The notes under the pieces: model-generated
What the model saw: only the letters and a program-made list of their open reading frames with translations
Databases searched by the model: none
Told to the model about the DNA's origin: nothing
DNA from: Candidatus Eiseniibacteriota bacterium
GTDB taxonomy: Bacteria > Eisenbacteria > RBG-16-71-46 > JABDJR01
Assembly (NCBI GenBank): GCA_963762255.1
Contig: CAVXKA010000002.1
Location: 320,001 to 384,000 of the forward strand
Length of the DNA: 64,000 nt
Direction: 5' to 3'
Part shown: positions 57,007 to 64,000 of the stretch, piece after piece
Layout of the letters: every line of letters starts with the position of its first letter
How positions within the stretch are numbered: the stretch's first letter is position 1
Program-made: the position numbers and the translations under genes

Positions 57007-57951
57007 TCAAACTCCGGATGCCGGCTCCCCGAGCACGACCACCCGTCCGCGCCGAATGGGGGCGGCGATCCCCTCGATCCGCAGCCCCAGGTCCTCGGCG
57101 ATCTCCGTCACCGCTCCGCGGGCCACCTCCTTTCCCCCCGGAACGTCTTCGTAGATAGCGACTTGCCGCCCCAGTACGGTCGACCGGCGCCGGTAGACGG
57201 CGAGTATCTCTCCGAATCCCCCCGCCTGCAGCTCGTCCAGCCGCACGCGCAACGCGCAGATTACTGCACCGAACAGATCCGCCAGGGAGCACGATACTGA
57301 AGGTCCGGCGTAGTCGCGAAGCGCTGCCACGCGAGGCACGAAGATGTCCGGCTCCACCTGGGGGGTGCGTTCCACATCGAGGCCGATGCCCAGGATGGCA
57401 TCCGTGAGCCGTGATCCCTGAGACCGGGTCCGGACGATGACACCCCCCACCTTGGCGCCGTCGAGCATCGCGTCATTGATCCAGCGGATCCCGGCTTTGC
57501 CCTCCAGCCCCGGAACCGCATCGATCGCGTCGAGCAGAGCGACCGCGGGCGCGATGAGCATGCTTGCTCCCCCCTCTCGGGCGGACACGTCGACGCGTGA
57601 GCCGGCCACGAGGTGCAGGTTCCCTGGAACCGCCACCCATCGGCGGCCTTCCCACCCGTGGAATTCGCTCCCGGTTTCCGCGACGGCCAGAAGACGGTCT
57701 CCGGCTTCTCCCGCCTCGAGCAGCGATGCCAGGACGTCGAACTGCGATCGCGCGGCGTGGCCCGCCACGAAGAGACGCTTCCATCCGATCTCTCCGTCGA
57801 TGGTGCCCGTGAACCACTCCGACCCGGAGAGAAGAGCCGTCGCGACCGCGCGATCCTCCGGGGTCAAATCACGGGCGGCGACGCCTCGCCAGGATGCGCG
57901 CCGGCCGATCAAGCGCTCGGCGAACGGGAGCCGATCCGTGCAGATCCACAT
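57007..57951 (-). CDS. Divergent biotin--protein ligase (BPL/BirA-like, no HTH)
   Basis: G..GRRW...GNLH, RWINDA....KVGGV, LGIGLDV, C-terminal SH3-like segment. Adjacent to the biotin-dependent oad operon. Confidence 0.75.
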   Translation of the reverse strand: MWICTDRLPFAERLIGRRASWRGVAARDLTPEDRAVATALLSGSEWFTGTIDGEIGWKRLFVAGHAARSQFDVLASLLEAGEAGDRLLAVAETGSEFHGWEGRRWVAVPGNLHLVAGSRVDVSAREGGASMLIAPAVALLDAIDAVPGLEGKAGIRWINDAMLDGAKVGGVIVRTRSQGSRLTDAILGIGLDVERTPQVEPDIFVPRVAALRDYAGPSVSCSLADLFGAVICALRVRLDELQAGGFGEILAVYRRRSTVLGRQVAIYEDVPGGKEVARGAVTEIAEDLGLRIEGIAAPIRRGRVVVLGEPASGV

Positions 57952-58019
57952 CGCTTCGACCTTACACAACCCGCCGCGCCGCGGCTATCCTCTTACCCTT
58001 CGTCGACAAGGAGGATCCG

Positions 58020-59099
58020 ATGCGCACCGCCCGATCGAGAGCGCCTTTCATCGTCGTCACGGCGGCGTGGGTTCTCGCCGCCCTGCTGGTCCGTCCCGCC
58101 GCCGCCCAGAGCGCCCGGGTTTCCTCGGCGCTTCTGGAAGACGAGCGCAACACGATCGAGCTGTTCCGGCGGGTGTCGCCGTCGGTGGCCTTCATCACCA
58201 ACAAGCAGCTTCGCCGCGACGTCTTCAGCCTCAACGTCTTCGAGATCCCGGCGGGAACGGGGTCGGGCTTCGTATGGGACGACCGCGGCCACGTGGTCAC
58301 CAACTTCCACGTGATTCAGGGCGGAAACGCCTTCTCGGTGACGCTGGCCGGCGGCAAGACCTACGAGGCCAAACTCGTGGGCTCGGAGCCCACCAAGGAT
58401 CTCGCGGTACTGCGCATCGACGCGCCCGGCGAGGAACTCGTGCCGATCGAGCCCGGCGACTCGGGTCCCCTGCTCGTCGGCCAGAAGGTCCTGGCGGTCG
58501 GCAATCCCTTCGGCCTCGACCAGACGCTCACCACCGGCATCATCAGCGCGCTCGGCCGCGAGATCCGCTCCGTGGCGGGCAACCTCATCGACAACGTGAT
58601 CCAGACCGACGCGTCGATCAATCCCGGCAACTCGGGGGGGCCCCTCCTTGACTCGGCGGGCCGGCTCATCGGCGTGAACACCGCCATCGTGAGCCCCTCC
58701 GGATCGAGCGCGGGCGTGGGGTTCGCGGTGCCGGTCAACACGGTGAAGCGGATCGTTCCTCAGCTCATCCGCTTCGGCAAGATCAAGCACGCCGGAATCG
58801 CGGTGAACATCCTTCCCGACGATCTCGCCCGCCGCTGGGGTGTGACCGGAGTGATTCTCCGCCAGGTGGAGCCGGGAGGCCCCGCGGACCGGGCGGGCAT
58901 GAAGTCGCTGCAGATGGACCGCTGGGGGCGCGTGTTGTCGTTCGACGTGCTGGTCGGCATCGACGACCGCGAAATTCGGGGGTACGACGACATGTTCTCC
59001 GCCCTCGACGGGCGCGAACCGGGGGAAACCGTGACGCTGCGTTTCCGGCGAGGCAGCGAGGAATTCACCGCAAGCACGAAGCTCAAGGAGCTGGACTAG
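58020..59099 (+). CDS. HtrA/DegQ-family serine protease with PDZ domain
   Basis: Signal peptide, GTGSGFVWD, TNFHV, DLAVL, IQTDASINPGNSGGPL. AAGGAGG RBS. Confidence 0.93.
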   Translation: MRTARSRAPFIVVTAAWVLAALLVRPAAAQSARVSSALLEDERNTIELFRRVSPSVAFITNKQLRRDVFSLNVFEIPAGTGSGFVWDDRGHVVTNFHVIQGGNAFSVTLAGGKTYEAKLVGSEPTKDLAVLRIDAPGEELVPIEPGDSGPLLVGQKVLAVGNPFGLDQTLTTGIISALGREIRSVAGNLIDNVIQTDASINPGNSGGPLLDSAGRLIGVNTAIVSPSGSSAGVGFAVPVNTVKRIVPQLIRFGKIKHAGIAVNILPDDLARRWGVTGVILRQVEPGGPADRAGMKSLQMDRWGRVLSFDVLVGIDDREIRGYDDMFSALDGREPGETVTLRFRRGSEEFTASTKLKELD

Positions 59100-59105
59100 A
59101 GGCGG

Positions 59106-60353
59106 CTACTCGTAGCGCAGCGCATCGACCGGGTCGAGCTTGGAGGCGCGCACCGCCGGCCACATGCCGAAGAAGAGCCCCACCCCCACCGACACCGAGA
59201 TCGCAGCGACGTAGGCCCAGATCGGGACATAGGATGGGAGCGGGGTCAGCAGGTCCACCAGCTTGCCGATCAGGAAGCCGAGGACCATTCCCAGGATGCC
59301 GCCGGCGCCGGTGAGCACCACCGCCTCGGCGAGGAACTGCGCCAGGATCTGCCGCCGTGTGGCCCCCAACGCCTTGCGCACCCCGATCTCGCGCGTCCGC
59401 TCGGTGACCGAGACCAGCATGATGTTCATCACCCCGATCCCACCCACCAGCAGCGCCACCGAGGCGATCGCCACCATCACGACGAAGAACGCTCCGGTGA
59501 TCTGCTTGTAGAGCGACACCAGACTCTGCTGGGTCACCACCGAAAAGTCGTTCTCATCCTGCGGGCGAAGCTGCCGCGTGCGGCGGAGCGACTCGGTGAT
59601 CTCCTCGATGGCCGCGTCGAGGCGCTCCGGCTGAACCGGCTTGGCGCTGATGTAGAGTCGCATGCGCGGCGAACCGAAGTACTTCCGCAGCGCTTCCTTG
59701 GGAATGAGGACGACGTTGTCGAGGCTCCCTCCGAGGATCTTGCCCCGCGCCGTCAACACGCCGGTCACCTCGAACTTCTGGTTCCCGATGGTCAAGGACT
59801 GTCCCACCGGATCCACCCCGCCGAAGAGTTCGGTCTCCACCTCGGCCCCCACCATCGCCACCCGCGCGCCGCCGCGGATCTCCGGATCGGTGAAGGGGCG
59901 CCCCGATTCGAGGGACAGGGCATTGACGATGAGGTGATAGGCGTCGATCCCCTCGATCTCGGTCCGCCGGCTCGACTCCACGCCGTACTCGAGCCGTTGG
60001 CTGGTGTAGAAGCTCTCCGAGACGGCCAGCACCGACGGGCAGGTCTCGCGGATCCCTATGGCGTCCTGACTGTCGAACTGACGGCGCTTGCGCAGCGAAT
60101 CCGGAATTTCACCGACGAACACCCCCGGATCGAACCTGCGGATGATGATGGTGTCGGTGCCCAGCGACTCGAGCTGCTTCATCATGGATCGGTTGAGCCC
60201 CTGCACGAGGCTCACCATCCCCACGACCGACGTGATGCCGATGACGATGCCCAGCACCGTGAGCCCGCCCCGAAGCTTGTGCGCGACGAGGCTCTGCAGC
60301 GCCAGCCGCCCGATCTCTCCCTCCATGCCCCGCAGGGGCAATCTGAACCGCAT
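59106..60353 (-). CDS. MacB/FtsX-family ABC permease
   Basis: LTVLGIVIG, VGGIGVMNIMLVSVTERTREIG, LDPVDALRYE. Confidence 0.95.
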   Translation of the reverse strand: MRFRLPLRGMEGEIGRLALQSLVAHKLRGGLTVLGIVIGITSVVGMVSLVQGLNRSMMKQLESLGTDTIIIRRFDPGVFVGEIPDSLRKRRQFDSQDAIGIRETCPSVLAVSESFYTSQRLEYGVESSRRTEIEGIDAYHLIVNALSLESGRPFTDPEIRGGARVAMVGAEVETELFGGVDPVGQSLTIGNQKFEVTGVLTARGKILGGSLDNVVLIPKEALRKYFGSPRMRLYISAKPVQPERLDAAIEEITESLRRTRQLRPQDENDFSVVTQQSLVSLYKQITGAFFVVMVAIASVALLVGGIGVMNIMLVSVTERTREIGVRKALGATRRQILAQFLAEAVVLTGAGGILGMVLGFLIGKLVDLLTPLPSYVPIWAYVAAISVSVGVGLFFGMWPAVRASKLDPVDALRYE

Positions 60354-60356
60354 GGC

Positions 60357-61577
60357 CTACTCCGCCCGCAGTGCGGTCACCGGGTCGAGCCGGGCCGCGC
60401 GTGATGCGGGAAAAATGCCGAAGAAGAGCCCCACCGCAGCGGACACACCAAATCCCAGCAGGGTCGCGCTGAGCGTGATACGCGCGGGGAAGCCGGTCGT
60501 CGCGGAGACGATCGAACTCACCGCGAACCCGATCAGGATGCCGACCAGTCCCCCGGTGATGGTGACCACGAGAGACTCCATGAGGAACTGGTTAAGAACG
60601 TCCCGGCGGCGCGCCCCCACCGCCTTGCGCACTCCGATCTCCCGGGTGCGTTCGGTCACCGACACCAGCATGATGTTCATGATCACGATCCCGCCCACCA
60701 CCAGCGAGATGCTCCCCACACCCAAGAGCACCAGGAAGATGCCCTTGGTGAGGTTCTCGTAAAGATCCATGAGCGCGTTGGAGGAGAACACTTCGAAGTT
60801 GTCGCCTTCGGCCGGCCGCAGCCCCCGCGACGCGCGCAGGATCCAGCGCATCTCGGCCAACGCCTCCTCGGTGGGCACGCCGACCGCCGGCTGCGCGAGG
60901 ATGGTGAAGCTCTGCCGGTCCCGGTACCAACCCATGAGCTCGGTGATGGGGATGGCCACGAAGTTGTCGGTGCTCTGCCCGAAGATCTTCCCCCGCTCCC
61001 CGAATACGCCGATCACGCTATAGCGGCGGCTTCCCACCCGGATGTCCTGCCCTACCGGGTCGCCGATCGGGAAGAGTTCCTTCGCGACCTCGCTTCCCAG
61101 CATGGCCACGCGCCGTCTTCCCCGCACGTCCTCCTCCCGCAGCGGCCGCCCGTTGACGAGAGGGTAGGGATCGTAGAAGGGGTTCTCCGAGGTGAGGCCG
61201 ACCACGCCGATTCCGCTCAGCTTGCGCTTCTCGTGCTTCACCTGGGCCCCGGTTTGCAGGAGCGCGCCTACGGAAGCCAGGCTCTCGCTGCGCTCGCGCA
61301 GGAACTCGTAGTCGTCGAGATCGAGGTCCGGACGCTTGAGGCGCTCGAAGTAGGTGTCCTCGTTGAAGGCGAGCCCGATCTTGTCGGCCTGAAGGAGCTG
61401 CGCGCCCTGCATGAGGATCTTCTCCGACACGTACTGGTTGAGCCCCTGAATGAGGCTCACCAGCGTGATGACGGTGATGACTCCCATGATGTGCCCGAGG
61501 AGGGTCAGGAAGGTGCGGAGCTTGTGGTTCCAGAGGGCGGTCAGCCCGAGCCTGAGCCCCTCCCAGAGGAGACGCAT
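60357..61577 (-). CDS. MacB/FtsX-family ABC permease (second paralogue)
   Basis: KLRTFLTLLG, VGGIVIMNIMLVSVTERTREIG, LDPVTALRAE. Confidence 0.95.
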   Translation of the reverse strand: MRLLWEGLRLGLTALWNHKLRTFLTLLGHIMGVITVITLVSLIQGLNQYVSEKILMQGAQLLQADKIGLAFNEDTYFERLKRPDLDLDDYEFLRERSESLASVGALLQTGAQVKHEKRKLSGIGVVGLTSENPFYDPYPLVNGRPLREEDVRGRRRVAMLGSEVAKELFPIGDPVGQDIRVGSRRYSVIGVFGERGKIFGQSTDNFVAIPITELMGWYRDRQSFTILAQPAVGVPTEEALAEMRWILRASRGLRPAEGDNFEVFSSNALMDLYENLTKGIFLVLLGVGSISLVVGGIVIMNIMLVSVTERTREIGVRKAVGARRRDVLNQFLMESLVVTITGGLVGILIGFAVSSIVSATTGFPARITLSATLLGFGVSAAVGLFFGIFPASRAARLDPVTALRAE

Positions 61578-62263
61578 CAGCGTGCTCCCGCGGTGGTGTC
61601 GCTTTCGATCCGCCCGTCTTTGAGCCGGACGCGGCGGTGGGCGTGAGCGGCGATGTCCTCCTCGTGGGTCACCAGGATCACGGTGTTCCCCTCGGCGTGG
61701 ATGCGGTCGAAGGCGACCATGATCTCCGTGCTGGTCCGGGAGTCGAGGTTGCCTGTGGGTTCGTCGGCAAGAATCAGCGAGGGGTTGTTGACGAGGGCGC
61801 GCGCAATCGCCACGCGCTGCCGTTGTCCGCCGGAGAGTTCGTTCGGACGGTGGTGGCCGCGGTCGGCCAGCCCCACCATCTCCAGCGCGCGATCGACCCG
61901 CCCTCGCCGTTCGGCTCGCGGCACCCCGGCGTAGATGAGTGGAAGCTCCACGTTGCGGAAGGAGTCGGAGCGCGCCAGCAGGTTGAAGGTCTGGAAGACG
62001 AACCCGATCCGACGGTTCCGGATCGCGGCAAGGGCATCGTCGTCGAGGCTGGAGACGGTCTCGCCGTCCAGGACGTAGGTGCCGGAGGTGGGGGTGTCGA
62101 GGCATCCCACGATGTTCATGAGCGTGGACTTCCCGCTCCCCGACGCCCCCATGACCGCCACGTACTCGCCGCGGGCGATGTCGAGATCGACGCCGTCCAG
62201 CGCGCGGACCTCCGTCGTCCCCATCTCGTAGATCTTCGTGAGCGAGCGGATCTCGATGAGCAC
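61577..62263 (-). CDS. MacB/LolD-type ABC ATP-binding protein
   Basis: [36 protein letters not shown]. Confidence 0.96.
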   Translation of the reverse strand: MLIEIRSLTKIYEMGTTEVRALDGVDLDIARGEYVAVMGASGSGKSTLMNIVGCLDTPTSGTYVLDGETVSSLDDDALAAIRNRRIGFVFQTFNLLARSDSFRNVELPLIYAGVPRAERRGRVDRALEMVGLADRGHHRPNELSGGQRQRVAIARALVNNPSLILADEPTGNLDSRTSTEIMVAFDRIHAEGNTVILVTHEEDIAAHAHRRVRLKDGRIESDTTAGAR

Positions 62264-63573
62264 TAGTCCGCGTCCTTGTCCTTGTCCTTACCGCCGCTCT
62301 TGAGTTCCTTGACCTTCACCCCGTCCTTGAGATCCTTCAGAACCCCATACGGGCCGCTCACGATGAGGTCTTCCGGGCTCAGTTCCCCCTTCACCTCGAT
62401 GCGCGTGTCGTCGGCGATGCCCGAGGTCACCGGGACGAAGGTCGCCTTCCCGTCCACCAGCTTGTAGACCCCTTCGACGATCTCCTTGTCGCGCTTCTCG
62501 CGCGCGGTCTCGTCCAGCGTATCCGCAGGGGCCGCCGCCTTGCGCCCGCCCTTCTTCTCGCGGCGATCGACCGCGGCGCGATCCCGATCGAGGGCGCCGC
62601 GGCTGCGCGCCACCAGAGCCTGAATCGGGACGGTCAACACGTCCGTGCGTGTCTCGGTCTCGATGTCCACGTCGGCGGTCATACCCGGCTTGAGCCGCGG
62701 GTCGGGCGTCACGAATCGGACCTCGACCTCGAAGTTGATGGCCTCGTCCACGGTGCCCAACCCGCTGCCGCGGCCGGAGCTTCCCACCGAGACCACGGCG
62801 CCGTCGAAGCTGGTGTCGGGAATCGCGTCGACGGTGATCTTGGCCTTCTGCCCCACCGCCACGTGGATGATGTCCGCCTCGTCCACTTCGGCCACCACCT
62901 GCATCTCGGCGAGATCCGATATGGTGAGGATCACCGTACCCGGGTTGTTCATCGTCCCCACGATGGCCATCTCCCCCTCTTCGATGTTGAGGCGGGAGAT
63001 GACACCGGAAACCGGCGCCCGGTACTCGGTCTTCTTGAGGTCGTCGCGGCTGTCGCGGACAGACGCCTCCATGCGCGCCACATCCTGCCGCTGCGCTTCC
63101 ACCTGAGCCACCTGAACCTGGTAGTCGGTGCGAGCCCGGTCGAGCGCCTCCGCCGAGGTGAGGCCCTTCTCGTTCATGGCCTCCTGGCGGTCCTTGTCAC
63201 GGGAGAGCTTATCGAGCTGGGCCTCGGCGAGCCGCAGACTCGCCCGCGTGCTGTTGAGTCCCGCCTGGGCCTGCGCCACCCGGCTGCGATACTGCTCGGC
63301 GTCGAGAACGAGAAGCAGGTCGTCCTTCTTCACCGAGTCCCCTTCCGCCACATGCAACGTCTGCACCCGCCCCGGTACCTCGGCGCTCAAGTCGACCGAG
63401 GCCACCGCTTCGACCTTGCCCGGCGCGTTGGTGCGCGCGGTCACGTCGCCGCGCTCCACCTTGGCGGTCCTCGCCTTGACCGAGGGAGTGGAGGACCGGG
63501 AGAGGTTGGCGATCACGAGAACCGCCACGACCACGACACCGGCGCCAATCAGCAACCATTTCTTCACGGTCAT
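62263..63573 (-). CDS. MacA-like periplasmic adaptor (membrane fusion protein)
   Basis: N-terminal TM, lipoyl halves ([16 protein letters not shown]; APVSGVI), coiled hairpin, LKPGMTADV. Confidence 0.93.
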   Translation of the reverse strand: MTVKKWLLIGAGVVVVAVLVIANLSRSSTPSVKARTAKVERGDVTARTNAPGKVEAVASVDLSAEVPGRVQTLHVAEGDSVKKDDLLLVLDAEQYRSRVAQAQAGLNSTRASLRLAEAQLDKLSRDKDRQEAMNEKGLTSAEALDRARTDYQVQVAQVEAQRQDVARMEASVRDSRDDLKKTEYRAPVSGVISRLNIEEGEMAIVGTMNNPGTVILTISDLAEMQVVAEVDEADIIHVAVGQKAKITVDAIPDTSFDGAVVSVGSSGRGSGLGTVDEAINFEVEVRFVTPDPRLKPGMTADVDIETETRTDVLTVPIQALVARSRGALDRDRAAVDRREKKGGRKAAAPADTLDETAREKRDKEIVEGVYKLVDGKATFVPVTSGIADDTRIEVKGELSPEDLIVSGPYGVLKDLKDGVKVKELKSGGKDKDKDAD

Positions 63574-63647
63574 TCCCCCCTGGCGACTCAGCCAGCCTCC
63601 TCGTGCGGACACGTGAGCGCGCTTCGAGCTCCGCGTCCGCCTCCGTG

Positions 63648-64000
63648 TTACTCGGGAAGCGGGGCGCCGCGCGCCTTGTCCAGCGCCGCTTCGGAAATCT
63701 TGAGCCCGGTCTGGGCATTGACGAGGTTGTTGCGCGCCGTCGTGAGGCTCACCTGGGATTGGAGCAGTTCGAGCACGGTTCCCAGCCCCTGCTCGTAGCG
63801 TTGCTCGGAGAGACGCAGGTCCTCTTGCGAGGCCTCCACGCCGCGTTGCGCGGTCTCGATCGCGGCGATGGATGCGCGATAGTTCAGGATCGCCTCCTCG
63901 ACCTCCTGCTGCACCGCCAGCTTCAGATCCTGAATGTGGTAGTCGGCCTGGCGCGCCGCGGCCCGGGCCTGCTTGTCGTCGCCGAAATTGAAGAACGCGT
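63648..64000 (-). CDS. TolC-family outer membrane efflux protein, C-terminal fragment (5' end outside window)
   Basis: RYEQGLGTVLELLQSQ..ALDKARG OEP motif. Directly upstream of the MFP gene. Confidence 0.88.
   Translation of the reverse strand, partial: AFFNFGDDKQARAAARQADYHIQDLKLAVQQEVEEAILNYRASIAAIETAQRGVEASQEDLRLSEQRYEQGLGTVLELLQSQVSLTTARNNLVNAQTGLKISEAALDKARGAPLPE

Noticed and set aside
59106-64000. MacAB-TolC-like locus with two permeases as a novel system
   Set aside because: TolC-MFP-ATPase-permease-permease is a common arrangement; nothing unusual seen.

Overview
High-GC bacterial chromosomal segment, densely coding and mostly on the minus strand. It is probably a long-read metagenome assembly, because several essential genes (purL, purB, truA, argS, rsfS, cca) carry single-base indels. 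A secreted protein ending in STWGRIKSTYN suggests an Eisenbacteria/Latescibacterota-like lineage (inference). Housekeeping content: lysS, the pur cluster, truA, lnt, argS, a polyprenyl synthase, cca, an Opp-type ABC importer, gcvT-H-PA-PB, pepA, uvrA, oadGAB, a birA-like gene and a MacAB-TolC-like exporter. I recognised no rRNA, tRNA, CRISPR array or mobile element. Best candidates for undescribed biology: (1) a plus-strand two-gene operon in which a 1697-aa domain-permuted PEP-utiliser/dikinase (His domain before the ATP-grasp domain, no pyruvate-binding barrel) is translationally coupled to a full-length MaeB homologue whose catalytic Lys and metal ligands are substituted; (2) a unit with its own promoter made of a hypothetical protein, an unannotated 20-aa peptide with a strong RBS and a membrane HD-GYP protein, plus an orphan pseudo-histidine kinase with a similar membrane sensor; (3) an OppD-4TM-OppF ORF, a tandem PurS, a terminator-containing csp leader and a TWGxIK-tailed secreted protein.
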